Part shown: piece by piece, positions 1 to 9,084 of the stretch
Position numbering within the stretch: position 1 is the stretch's first letter
Layout: the number at the start of each line of letters is the position of its first letter
Assembly (NCBI GenBank): GCA_011620555.1
Contig: WOYY01000070.1
Location: 12,163 to 76,162, forward strand
Reading direction: 5' to 3'
From: Anaerolineaceae bacterium
GTDB taxonomy: Bacteria; Chloroflexota; Anaerolineae; Anaerolineales; Anaerolineaceae
DNA length: 64,000 nucleotides
The notes under the pieces: generated by a model
Told to the model about the DNA's origin: nothing
What the model saw: only the letters and a program-made list of their open reading frames with translations
Database searches by the model: none
Position numbers and translations under genes: made by a program

Positions 1-137
1 AGCCAGCCCAACACAGTCCAGAGCACCAGCAGCCAGAAAATCAGATGCAAAGCCAGCGGCCGCCGCCGTCGGATAGGCCGGGTGGGATCTCGCGGTTGCG
101 GAGAAACGGCCCGTTCAGCTTGCTCAGGATTCCTCAT
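1..137 (-). CDS. Probable membrane protein, 5' part only (runs off the window start)
   Basis: ATG at 137 overlaps the end of the upstream gene; reads MRNPEQ...RRRRPLALHLIFWLLVLWTVLGW (basic patch then a hydrophobic helix). Not in the ORF track because it is truncated. Confidence 0.5.
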   Translation of the reverse strand, partial: MRNPEQAERAVSPQPRDPTRPIRRRRPLALHLIFWLLVLWTVLGW

Positions 138-1791
138 CCGGGGCCTCCTCTGCTTCGCCGGCAAAATCCACATCCGCAAGCACGCCCATCCGGGCCAGCG
201 CGGCGCGGACCTTTTCCACCGCGCCGGCATGGACGATCACGGTGGTGGGGCCGAGGATATCACCCAGGAAGCGCTCCGCCGGGCTGCTGCGCAGCGCCTG
301 CAGGATCTTGGGGTCTTCCACCCGCAGCACCACGCAGGGCTGAATGCGCGCCTGCCCCCCGCGCTGTTCCCACTGATGCAGGGCCTGCACCAGGCTGGGC
401 GGGGGCGGTTCGCCAAACTTGTTCAGCAGAGTTTCGAGATGGGCGATCTTCAAACCCTGTTCCACCGCTGCCGCCAGCGACTGGGGCGTGATCTGATAGG
501 TGTAGGAATCGGCGGTCTCGGCCTGCCAGAGGCCAAAACGGGCGACCTGATAACGGGCGATTCGGGGCGTCAGGGTGCCGGCAATGACGCGGCCATCCGA
601 GAGCGCTTTGAGGGGCTGATCTTCCGCGGGGAATCCCGCAGGAGGCTCCCCGGCCAGCAGGTCGGCCGCCCAGGCCGAGAGCCGAAACGCCGTAAAAGGT
701 GCGTCCTCGGCTGGCGAGGCCAGGTCCACCAGGCCCAGCCAGTGCAGCGGCCCGGTGATCAGGTAGCGGATCAGCGCGCCATCCACTTCGGGCCAATGGT
801 CTATCCCGCACAGGGATTCGCCATCGGCGGCCCTGCGGATCAGCCAGGAATCAAAATCCCCGGCCGGCCGCTGGAAGTCCGGCGTACGCTCAAAAACCGC
901 CTCGATCAAAGCCGCCAGACTCCACCACTCTCCCGCCGGGAGTTCCCCGAGCCAGGCCAGCACCTGCTCCCTGGCCGCGCGGGGGTCGTTCCGCCAGGCG
1001 CCCTCGCAGACCACGCCGGGCATCATCCAAAGCTCGTTGAACTGATCGGAATCGCGCCAGCCCTGCACCAGCCAGGCCAGCGCTCTCTCCCGAGGCATCG
1101 CCAGGAAAGGCCGGGCATCTTCCGCCAGGGGTTCCGCGCTGGAAGAGATCAGTTTCACCGCGCTCAGCAGCTGGTTCACCACCTCAAGCGGCGGCTGCCA
1201 GGCATTCGCTGCCGGAGAACGTTTCGCATCGCCCAGCCGCAGGGCAGCCAGCAGCGTGCAGCAATGGTCCAGCACCCGGTCCGTCGCGGGGGTCGCAAAC
1301 CGAGCCTCGGCCGGCGCAGCTTTCCGGCCAAGCGGCTGCGGGCCAGCCGGTTCGATGGACGGCAGCAATTTCAACAGGTCATCCGGGATATAGGCGCATT
1401 CCTGCAGTTCGCCCTCCCGCCGGAGGAAATCCCGGCCGATCAGGCCGCGATACCAGAGCACCTCCGTCGGCGAGATCGGCTCCAGATAGGGCTTCTCGCG
1501 GTCCCGTTTGCCGGGGCCAACCTCGCGCAGTCCGCCGTAATCCCGCACGAAGCGGCTCCAGGGCATCCAGCCCGCCTGGGATTGAAGGGCGTTCAGGGCT
1601 TTGCGGGCCGTCTCCGGCAGGGCGTCAACCACTTCCAGCACCAGGGCTGGATCCAGCAGGGCCTTGAGCAATTTCGGCAATCCCTGGCGGACATCCGGCG
1701 CGGCAAAGTCCACGCCCCAGAGTCCGGCAAGGATCTCCAGGAACCCCAGGTCGTGATCCTGCAAACAGTGCTGAAGGTCGGGCATTGGCAA
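124..1791 (-). CDS. Helicase-associated domain protein (C-terminal XPB/Helicase_C_3-like domain)
   Basis: 555-aa ORF; C-terminal YQITPQSLAAAVEQGL...LVQALHQW...VVLRVEDPKILQAL resembles the XPB-associated domain. Confidence 0.7.
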   Translation of the reverse strand: MPMPDLQHCLQDHDLGFLEILAGLWGVDFAAPDVRQGLPKLLKALLDPALVLEVVDALPETARKALNALQSQAGWMPWSRFVRDYGGLREVGPGKRDREKPYLEPISPTEVLWYRGLIGRDFLRREGELQECAYIPDDLLKLLPSIEPAGPQPLGRKAAPAEARFATPATDRVLDHCCTLLAALRLGDAKRSPAANAWQPPLEVVNQLLSAVKLISSSAEPLAEDARPFLAMPRERALAWLVQGWRDSDQFNELWMMPGVVCEGAWRNDPRAAREQVLAWLGELPAGEWWSLAALIEAVFERTPDFQRPAGDFDSWLIRRAADGESLCGIDHWPEVDGALIRYLITGPLHWLGLVDLASPAEDAPFTAFRLSAWAADLLAGEPPAGFPAEDQPLKALSDGRVIAGTLTPRIARYQVARFGLWQAETADSYTYQITPQSLAAAVEQGLKIAHLETLLNKFGEPPPPSLVQALHQWEQRGGQARIQPCVVLRVEDPKILQALRSSPAERFLGDILGPTTVIVHAGAVEKVRAALARMGVLADVDFAGEAEEAPDEES

Positions 1792-1797
1792 CCAGCC

Positions 1798-2847
1798 TTA
1801 GTGGAGCATATAGGCCAGGCACCAGCGGGTGGTGGCTACCAGCGCTTCGGTGTGCGTCCGCTCGTAGTTATGCGAGGCATCCACGCCCGGGCCGATCAGC
1901 GCCACGGCCACATCCCCGCCGGCCCGCCAAAAGGCCTCACCATCCGAACCATAATAGGGATAGATATCCACTTTGTACGGGATCTCATAGGTTTCCGCCA
2001 GTTCGCGCATCCGCTGGCTGAGACCGTAATGGTAAGGGCCGCCGGAGTCCTTGACGCACAGAGTGGCGTGGAACTCATCCGAGGCCTGACCTTCGCCCAC
2101 GGCAGCCATATCCACCGAGATCAATTCCGCCACCTCGTCCGGGATACCGGCCGCCGCGCCGTGCCCCACCTCTTCATAGTTGCTGACATGCAGCACGGTG
2201 GTCACTTTGGGTTTCAGCCCAGCCTCCAGCAGGGCCTTGAGCGCGAAGATCATGTTCGCCACGCAGGCCTTGTCATCCAGGTGCCGAGAGCGGACGAAGC
2301 CCTGGGTGATCTCCACCCGCGGGTCCAGGGACACAAAATCGCCCACGCCGATCCCCAGGGCCGCCGTCTCGGCGGCGCTGGTGGTGCGGGCATCCAGCCG
2401 GATTTCCATGTTCGCTTCGCTGCGTTCGGCCTTGTTCACCTCTGCGCCATAGACATGGCTGGAGGCTTTGTTCAGCAGCAGCGACCCCCGGATGGGATCG
2501 CCCTGGCGGGGATAGACCCAGACGCCTTCGCCCTCCACCGCGTTCATGGCATAGCCGCCCAAACGGGTGACCTGCAGCCGGCCGCTGGGCTTGACCTCTT
2601 TGACCATCGCGCCCAGCGTGTCCACATGGACGGTCAGCGCCCGCCAGGGGCCGTTCGTCTCCCCAGCGACCACCGCAACCAGCGCGCCCTTATTGGTCCG
2701 GTGCAGTTCAATGCCCGGCAGGCCGGCAAGGGCCGTTTCGCAAAGTTCAATCGCCCGGTCGGTGAAACCGGTCGGGCTGGGGGTGTTCAGCAGGCGGCTC
2801 AGAAAGGCCAGCATTTCCTCGGTGTTGATCTCAGGCAGTTGCGTCAT
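1798..2847 (-). CDS. M42 family metallopeptidase
   Basis: Motifs HVDTLGAMVKE, SRHLDDKA, NYEEVGHG, SHNYERTH; start taken at MTQLP (2847). Confidence 0.9.
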   Translation of the reverse strand: MTQLPEINTEEMLAFLSRLLNTPSPTGFTDRAIELCETALAGLPGIELHRTNKGALVAVVAGETNGPWRALTVHVDTLGAMVKEVKPSGRLQVTRLGGYAMNAVEGEGVWVYPRQGDPIRGSLLLNKASSHVYGAEVNKAERSEANMEIRLDARTTSAAETAALGIGVGDFVSLDPRVEITQGFVRSRHLDDKACVANMIFALKALLEAGLKPKVTTVLHVSNYEEVGHGAAAGIPDEVAELISVDMAAVGEGQASDEFHATLCVKDSGGPYHYGLSQRMRELAETYEIPYKVDIYPYYGSDGEAFWRAGGDVAVALIGPGVDASHNYERTHTEALVATTRWCLAYMLH

Positions 2848-3274
2848 TTTCCATTTTCCCTTCAAATTCAGCTAATTTCTCGCGCCATTCCGGCGGGATC
2901 GGGCGGCTGGTCTCATTAATGTTGTCATAGGCCACCATCACGGACAGCCCGCGGGCAAAGATCCGCCCGCCGTCGGCGGCTTCCACCTGAAAGGCGAAGA
3001 GCATGCTCTTGGTGCCTAATTTTTCCAGCCGCACGCCCACCCGCAGGGGTTGGCCATAAACGATGGGTGCGAGGTAATCCATTTCAGCCCGGGCGACCAC
3101 CATCCCGGTCTGGCCGCCCTGCTCGGGCGACCAGAGTCCGGCGCGTTCATAGTAGCCCAGCCTGGCGCTTTCCAGATAGGTCATATAGGCGGCATTATTA
3201 ACATGCCCCTGGGGGTCCAGATCGGCATAGCGGACAACGATTGGGTGATAATAAGTGAATGGTTTTGTTTCCAT
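2831..3274 (-). CDS. Acyl-CoA thioesterase (hot-dog fold, YbgC/FadM family)
   Basis: VRYADLDPQGHVNNAAYMTYLESAR motif; start taken at METKPF. Confidence 0.9.
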   Translation of the reverse strand: METKPFTYYHPIVVRYADLDPQGHVNNAAYMTYLESARLGYYERAGLWSPEQGGQTGMVVARAEMDYLAPIVYGQPLRVGVRLEKLGTKSMLFAFQVEAADGGRIFARGLSVMVAYDNINETSRPIPPEWREKLAEFEGKMENDATA

Positions 3275-3396
3275 ATTCTTTTCAAACCCTGTTGAGAATG
3301 ACCCCCTCATTATAAGCCATCCGCATTAAAACCCGAATTGCCAAAGTCGATCAAAAAAGCATCGCTCATCCCCAAAACCAAACCTTAAAGACCGTG

Positions 3397-3447
3397 CCCT
3401 GTGCTGTAGCCTGTGCTGTGCCCTAACAGTGCTGTACCCTGTGCTTT
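3397..3447. repeat. Four short direct repeats, GTGCTGT/GTGCTTT core
   Basis: ccctgtgctgt (3397), gcctgtgctgt (3409), acagtgctgt (3426), ccctgtgcttt (3437). Confidence 0.75.
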
Positions 3448-3473
3448 ACAACTGGGGACAAAGTGGATAAAAT
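3445..3473 (+). promoter_or_regulatory. Sigma70-type promoter for the Rrf2 gene
   Basis: TTTACA-17 bp-TAAAAT. Confidence 0.65.
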
Positions 3474-3487
3474 AGATAATAAGGCTA

Positions 3488-3510
3488 TTTACTACCTGAT
3501 AGGTGGTAAA
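3488..3510. promoter_or_regulatory. Palindromic operator candidate (possible Rrf2 autoregulation)
   Basis: TTTACTACCT-GAT-AGGTGGTAAA, a 10-3-10 inverted repeat with one mismatch just downstream of the -10. Confidence 0.55.
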
Positions 3511-3605
3511 TGGAATTTCATGATGCTTTCAATTGATCAGGGAAGTTTTTCCCCCCCCCTTCAATTTCGATTTTCAACCTTTTAAAGTTAGAGAGAGTCC
3601 GAACC

Positions 3606-4028
3606 ATGCAAATCACTCGACAGGCAGATTACGCTTTACGTGCAATGCTCTACCTGGCCCGGCTGGACCCCAGCCAGCGGGCCGCCACCAGCCAGATCGC
3701 TGAAGAGCAGGAGATCCCGCCATCCTTTTTGGCTAAGATCATCTCCCAGCTCTCCATCGCCGGCCTGATCCACACCTCCCGCGGCGCACGCGGCGGCGTC
3801 TCCCTGGCGCGCAAACCGGAAGATATCTCCCTGTTGGATGTCGTCGAAGCCATTGATGGCCCCATCACGCTCAATGACTGCACGCAGGACCCGGATATCT
3901 GCACCTTTGGAGAAACCTGCCCCCTGCACGAGGTCTGGTGTGAGACCCAGGCGGAGCTGGCCAACCGGCTGCGAGCTTCAACCTTCGATAAACTCCTCGA
4001 ACGCGAAGCCCAGAAGATCCAAAAATAG
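3606..4028 (+). CDS. Rrf2 family transcriptional regulator with IscR-like 3Cys+His Fe-S ligands
   Basis: MQITRQADYALRAML start, RGARGGVSL wing, C-x6-C-x5-C-x2-H. Confidence 0.92.
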   Translation: MQITRQADYALRAMLYLARLDPSQRAATSQIAEEQEIPPSFLAKIISQLSIAGLIHTSRGARGGVSLARKPEDISLLDVVEAIDGPITLNDCTQDPDICTFGETCPLHEVWCETQAELANRLRASTFDKLLEREAQKIQK

Positions 4029-4056
4029 TCTTTTAAAATTCAGAGACGCCCATCAA

Positions 4057-4095
4057 CCCCTGGTATCCCATCCCATATTACCAGGGGTATTTTGT
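4057..4095 (+). terminator. Probable intrinsic terminator after the Rrf2 gene
   Basis: acccctggta...taccaggggt stem followed by atttt. Confidence 0.55.
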
Positions 4096-4194
4096 AAAGG
4101 ATTGTCCAATTTATAGCCGTTTGGTGCCCTGTTTGGGATAGAATCAGGACACATTCATTTCACCACCGTTCCACCGAAGGGTTATCCATTTTCC

Positions 4195-4644
4195 ATGGAT
4201 CTGCTTTTTATTGAACTCATCGCCCTTTTGATCGTGCTGCTTTTGCTGCTGGTTGCGCGCGTTGTCCGTTTGAGGAAAGCGCGGCAAATGGAACCCGTCA
4301 CGCAGACCGAGCACGAACTGCAATTTAAGCGCCTGATGCAGGAAATCAAATTTCTGGAAGAAGCAGTGGAAAAGGGGAATGCCTCGCGGAAACTACGCAA
4401 CAAGCTGGAAGCCAAACGTGAGCAGGCGCAAAAATTAAACACCCTGATCTCCAAATCCATAATCAGTGACGTCCCGGACCCCTACCAAACCGAGCACAAT
4501 CTCAGGGTCAGCAGCCTGCATAAAACGCGGCCGGTTAACCAAAGCACGATCTTCCTTTGCCCAAAGTGCCGCAAACAGGTGCGGTCGGATGATAAATTCT
4601 GCGCCAATTGCGGCTTCAAACTGCAAGCCAAACGCCAGATCTAA
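4195..4644 (+). CDS. Membrane-anchored zinc-ribbon protein
   Basis: N-terminal hydrophobic helix, coiled segment, C-terminal CPKC...CANC. Confidence 0.7.
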   Translation: MDLLFIELIALLIVLLLLLVARVVRLRKARQMEPVTQTEHELQFKRLMQEIKFLEEAVEKGNASRKLRNKLEAKREQAQKLNTLISKSIISDVPDPYQTEHNLRVSSLHKTRPVNQSTIFLCPKCRKQVRSDDKFCANCGFKLQAKRQI

Positions 4645-4676
4645 GCAAATCTTTTTCAATGCAATATAATGATGCC

Positions 4677-5402
4677 ATGACTGATACCGAAAACGCCCCC
4701 GTGCCGCCTGCAATCGAGGTGAGGGGACTCTCCAAACGCTATAACCTGCAGCCCGTCCTGAAGGACCTTTCCCTGGCGCTCGCCGATGGGAGCCTTTGCG
4801 TGCTGGTGGGGTCCAACGGCGCCGGGAAGACCACCCTGCTGCGGATCATCGCTTCCCTGGTCCGGCCGGATGCCGGGTTTGCGGCGATCAACGGGGCAGC
4901 GCTGAAGGACAATGCCGCCCTCCGCCGCCAGATCGGCTATCTCGGCCATCAGACCCTGTTCTACAGCGACCTCAACGCGCTCGAAAACCTGACCCATTAC
5001 GCCCGGCTCTATGGGCTGGACAATGTCGCTGACCGCGTCCACGCAGGGATCGCTTCCATGGACCTCGTCAACCACCAGCATAAGCCTGTGCGGACCTATT
5101 CCCGCGGGATGCTCCAGCGGCTCGCCATTGCGCGGGCCCTGCTGCATGACCCCGCCATCCTCCTGCTGGACGAACCCTACACAGGGCTGGACAAAGAAGC
5201 CGCCCAGGCGCTGGACCTGCGCCTGCGGGGCCTCCACCAGCCCGGACGGACGCTGCTGATCGCAGCCCATCATCCCCAGCGGCTGCTGGCCTTTGCCAGC
5301 CAGGTCGCCTGGCTCAGGGACGGCCGGATCGCGCAGATCCAAGCGGTGGACCGGCTAAGCGAGACGCCCGACCTCCTGCACTATCTGGCGGAGGCGGCAT
5401 GA
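4677..5402 (+). CDS. ccmA: Heme ABC exporter ATP-binding subunit
   Basis: GSNGAGKT Walker A, YSRGMLQRL signature, LLLDEP; upstream of ccmB and ccmC; start taken at MTDTEN. Confidence 0.88.
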   Translation: MTDTENAPVPPAIEVRGLSKRYNLQPVLKDLSLALADGSLCVLVGSNGAGKTTLLRIIASLVRPDAGFAAINGAALKDNAALRRQIGYLGHQTLFYSDLNALENLTHYARLYGLDNVADRVHAGIASMDLVNHQHKPVRTYSRGMLQRLAIARALLHDPAILLLDEPYTGLDKEAAQALDLRLRGLHQPGRTLLIAAHHPQRLLAFASQVAWLRDGRIAQIQAVDRLSETPDLLHYLAEAA

Positions 5403-6082
5403 ACGGGTTCAGCAATTACCTGCGGATGGTCTGGCAGGTCTTCCGCAAGGACCTGCAGGTGGAATGGCGCGGGCGGCAGGGGCTGCCCGTGATGCTGATC
5501 TTCGCCCTGCTGGTCGTCTTCCTGTTCAACTTCGCCCTGCAGCTGACCCCCGGCCTGCAGGCCGGCCTGGCCGCCGGGCTGCTCTGGGTCTCGCTGGCCT
5601 TCGCCTCCACTCTGGGGCTGAACCGCAGCGTGAGCCTGGAGGGTGAAAACAACGCCCTCGCTGGCCTGCTTTTGGCGCCCGTGGACCGCTCAGCGATCTT
5701 CTTTGGCAAGACGCTCAGCAATCTGACCTTCACCTTCCTGGTCGCTCTGGTGCTGCTGCCCGTTTTCAGCCTCTTTTATCAACAAAACATGCTCAACCCC
5801 CGCCTCGTGCTGGTGATCCTGCTGGGCCTGGGCGCCTATACCAGCCTCGGCACCCTGCTGGCCGCCCTCAGCATCCAGACACGCACCCGCGACGTGCTGC
5901 TGCCTGTGCTGCTCTATCCGCTGGCGCTGCCGGTGCTGATCGCGGCCGTGGAAGCCAGCCGGGGCGTCCTCGCCGGTCAGCCTCTCGCTGAGCTTCAGTC
6001 CTGGCTCTCCCTGCTGATCGCCAGCAATATCCTTTTCCTGGCCGCCGGCCTGCTGCTTTTCGATACCATCCTGGAGGAATAA
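5399..6082 (+). CDS. ccmB: Heme exporter permease
   Basis: VFRKDLQVEWR start, six TM helices, LLPVLLYPLALPVLIAAV motif. Confidence 0.9.
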   Translation: MNGFSNYLRMVWQVFRKDLQVEWRGRQGLPVMLIFALLVVFLFNFALQLTPGLQAGLAAGLLWVSLAFASTLGLNRSVSLEGENNALAGLLLAPVDRSAIFFGKTLSNLTFTFLVALVLLPVFSLFYQQNMLNPRLVLVILLGLGAYTSLGTLLAALSIQTRTRDVLLPVLLYPLALPVLIAAVEASRGVLAGQPLAELQSWLSLLIASNILFLAAGLLLFDTILEE

Positions 6083-6083
6083 A

Positions 6084-6761
6084 TTGCCCAAGAAACAACC
6101 GCTCCTGACCGCTCTGAATATCCTGGCCGCCGCTGGCGTGCTCGGCGCGCTGATCCTGATCCTGTTCTTCACCCCGGAGGAAGCCCAGATGGGCGCCGTC
6201 CAAAAAGTCTTCTATTTCCACGTGTCCTCCGCCTGGGCCGGGATGCTCAGCTTCGTGATCGCGGCCGGGGCCGGCGCGCTTTACCTGGCCAAGCGCGAAC
6301 TGCGCTGGGATTGGCTCTCGCTGGCCTCGATTGAGGTTGGCATCATGTTTGGTCTGGCCGCCATCCTCAGCGGCATGATCTGGGCCCAGCCGATTTGGAA
6401 CACCTGGTGGGTTTGGGAGCCGCGGCTGACCACCACCGCCATCATGGAACTGATCTACCTGGCCTACTTCATCCTGCGGGGCGCACTGAACACGCCCGAA
6501 GCCCAAGCCCGCCTCGGCGCGGTCTACGCCATCGTCAGCGTGATCACCGTGCCGCTGACCTTCTTCTCCATCCGGCTTTACCGCACCATCCACCCGGTGG
6601 TCTTTGTCAGCGGCGGCAGCACGGCCTTCACCATGAGTCCCCGGATGTGGACGGCTTTCATCGTCAGTCTGGCCGCCTTCACCGTCCTGCTGGCCGCGCT
6701 GATCTGGAATCGGACCCGCCTGGCCGCTCTGCAATCCGCCAACGCTCAGGAGGAAAACTGA
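6084..6761 (+). CDS. ccmC: Cytochrome c biogenesis protein
   Basis: FYFHVSSAW and WWD-type WAQPIWNTWWVWEPRLT motif; TTG start with GGAGGA RBS. Confidence 0.92.
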   Translation: MPKKQPLLTALNILAAAGVLGALILILFFTPEEAQMGAVQKVFYFHVSSAWAGMLSFVIAAGAGALYLAKRELRWDWLSLASIEVGIMFGLAAILSGMIWAQPIWNTWWVWEPRLTTTAIMELIYLAYFILRGALNTPEAQARLGAVYAIVSVITVPLTFFSIRLYRTIHPVVFVSGGSTAFTMSPRMWTAFIVSLAAFTVLLAALIWNRTRLAALQSANAQEEN

Positions 6762-6763
6762 CC

Positions 6764-6874
6764 ATGACCCCCAACACCACCCCCGATATGATCCTGGGGT
6801 TCGCCGTCCTGCTGGGCATCCTGTTGATCTATGTCCTTTCGCTGATCATCCGCTTCCGCAACGCCCGGAAATAG
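6764..6874 (+). CDS. Small single-TM protein, CcmD-like
   Basis: 36 aa MTPNTTPDMILGFAVLLGILLIYVLSLIIRFRNARK directly after ccmC with an AGGAGG RBS; hydrophobic helix plus basic tail. Confidence 0.65.
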   Translation: MTPNTTPDMILGFAVLLGILLIYVLSLIIRFRNARK

Positions 6875-7005
6875 CCCGAAAAGCCCCAAATACAACCCAA
6901 TAGCGTTCCACTAATGTTAATCAGATACTTTGTTAACGATCTTCTATGACTTGCTCAGTATTCTCATAATTAGATTTCAAAGCAAGGCAAAAAGGAGAAT
7001 GTATT

Positions 7006-8910
7006 ATGGCAAAGATTATTGGAATTGACCTTGGGACAACCAACAGCGTAGTCTCTGTTGTTGAGGGCGGCACGGCAAACGTGATCCCGACAGCAGAAGG
7101 TTCCCGCCTTCTCCCCTCCGTTGTTGCATTTAACAAAAACGGCGAGCGGCTGGTGGGCATACCCGCCAAGCGGCAGGCTGTTGTGAACTCCGAAAACACA
7201 GTTTCGTCCATCAAGCGGTTTATGGGCCGCCGGTATGACGAAGTTAAATCCGAACGCGAAATGGTCCCCTATGAGGTCGTGGAAGGCCCCGCGAGCGATG
7301 CCCGGGTGCATATCCCGGTGGTCAACAAGACTTACACCCCGCAGGAAATTTCCGCCATGATCCTTGAGAAACTCAAGGCTGATGCGGAAGCCTACCTCGG
7401 CGAGCCCGTGACCAAAGCTGTCATCACCGTTCCGGCCTATTTCAACGACAGCCAACGCCAGGCCACCAAAGACGCCGGCAAGATCGCCGGGCTGGAAGTG
7501 ATGCGGATCATTAACGAGCCGACAGCCTCCGCTTTGGCCTACGGCCTCGATAAGAAAGAGTCCGAAGTCATTCTGGTCTTCGACCTGGGCGGCGGCACCT
7601 TCGATGTCAGCCTGCTCGAGGTTGGCGAGGGTGTGATCGAAGTCCGGGCCACCAACGGCGACACCCATCTGGGCGGCGACGATTGGGACGAAGTGATCGT
7701 CAATTGGGCGGCGGATGAATTCAAGAAAGAACAGGGCATTGATCTGCGTGAAGACCGCCAGGCGCTCCAGCGCTTGCGCGAAGCCGCAGAAAAAGCCAAG
7801 ATCGAACTCAGCTCCGTGATGGAAACGGAGATCAACCTGCCCTATGTGACAGCCGACGCCAGCGGGCCGAAACACCTGCTGCTGAAGCTGAACCGGGCCA
7901 AATTTGAACAGATGACCGAGCACCTGGTTGAACGCGCCCGCAAGCCCTTCAACGCCGCCATCAAAGATGCGAATATGACCGTGGACCAGATTGACGAAGT
8001 GGTCCTCGTGGGCGGCGCAACCCGGATGCCCATGATCCAGGACCTGGTCCGGGACCTGACCGGCGGTAAAGAACCGAACAAAGGCGTGAACCCCGATGAA
8101 GTGGTCTCCGTTGGCGCAGCCATTCAGGGCGGCGTCCTGGCCGGCGACGTCAAAGACGTCCTCCTGCTGGATGTGACCCCGCTTTCGCTGGGCGTTGAAA
8201 CCCTGGGCGGCGTGATGACCAAGCTGATCGAACGCAACACGACCATCCCGGTCAAGAAGACTGAGACCTTCTCGACGGCTGAGGACAGCCAGACTTCCGT
8301 GGACGTCCATGTGCTGCAGGGCGAACGCCCGATGGCCTCGGACAACATGAGCCTGGGCCGCTTCCGGCTGGAAGGCATCCCGCCTGCGCCCCGCGGCATC
8401 CCGCAGATTGATGTGACCTTCGATATTGATGCGAACGGCATCCTCCACGTGAACGCCAAGGACAAGGCCAGCGGCAAGGAACAGAGCGTGACCATCACGG
8501 CCAGCACCAACCTGGACAAGTCCGATGTGGAGCGGATGGTGAAAGAAGCCAGCAAGAACCGCTCAGCAGACGAAGCCCGCAAGGAACTGGTGGACCTTCG
8601 CAACCAGGCGGACACCGTCGCCTACCAGGCCGAGAAACTGGTCAAGGACATGGGTGATAAGATCCCGGCCGACCAGCGCAGCCAGGTGGAAAGCAAGGTG
8701 AAAGACCTGCGCGAGGCGATCCAGGGCGATGACAAAGCCCGAATCAAGAATCTGATGGACGGTTTACAGACCGATCTACAGGCCATTGGCCAGGCGGCCT
8801 ACCAGCAGCAAGACGCGGCTGGCCCGCAAGCCGGCGGCGCGCAAGGTCCGACCGGTGAACCCGGCGGCAGCGATGAAGACGTCGTTGAAGGCGAGTTCCA
8901 TGAAGCCTAA
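7006..8910 (+). CDS. dnaK: Chaperone DnaK (Hsp70)
   Basis: [29 protein letters not shown] motifs. Confidence 0.99.
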   Translation: MAKIIGIDLGTTNSVVSVVEGGTANVIPTAEGSRLLPSVVAFNKNGERLVGIPAKRQAVVNSENTVSSIKRFMGRRYDEVKSEREMVPYEVVEGPASDARVHIPVVNKTYTPQEISAMILEKLKADAEAYLGEPVTKAVITVPAYFNDSQRQATKDAGKIAGLEVMRIINEPTASALAYGLDKKESEVILVFDLGGGTFDVSLLEVGEGVIEVRATNGDTHLGGDDWDEVIVNWAADEFKKEQGIDLREDRQALQRLREAAEKAKIELSSVMETEINLPYVTADASGPKHLLLKLNRAKFEQMTEHLVERARKPFNAAIKDANMTVDQIDEVVLVGGATRMPMIQDLVRDLTGGKEPNKGVNPDEVVSVGAAIQGGVLAGDVKDVLLLDVTPLSLGVETLGGVMTKLIERNTTIPVKKTETFSTAEDSQTSVDVHVLQGERPMASDNMSLGRFRLEGIPPAPRGIPQIDVTFDIDANGILHVNAKDKASGKEQSVTITASTNLDKSDVERMVKEASKNRSADEARKELVDLRNQADTVAYQAEKLVKDMGDKIPADQRSQVESKVKDLREAIQGDDKARIKNLMDGLQTDLQAIGQAAYQQQDAAGPQAGGAQGPTGEPGGSDEDVVEGEFHEA

Positions 8911-8946
8911 GGGCTGGGGAGCAGGAAATCAGTAACGAGTGAATAG

Positions 8947-8978
8947 GAAGGCTGGGTCATTTGACTCAGCCTTCTTTG
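8947..8978 (+). terminator. Intrinsic terminator after dnaK
   Basis: gaaggctgggtca/tgactcagccttc stem followed by ttt. Confidence 0.8.
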
Positions 8979-9084
8979 ATTCCCGTGAACGCGAGGGTAG
9001 AGTGTGCACACCATTTTTTGTAGATGGGTTAAAAATCGGATATCGTTAGTTTGATGAGATAATATTTAACGATACAATAACCCC

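Noticed and set aside
82-2919. 945-aa plus-strand ORF, and similar long ORFs such as 36429-38639, 25100-26698, 6970-8448 and 42636-43904
   Set aside because: Antisense shadows of well-supported genes in GC-rich DNA; no recognisable motifs or RBS
3546-3559. Homopolymer tracts as phase-variation switches (T5C9 here; G run at 38721-38730)
   Set aside because: Both are outside coding sequence and promoter spacers, so a length change has no clear effect
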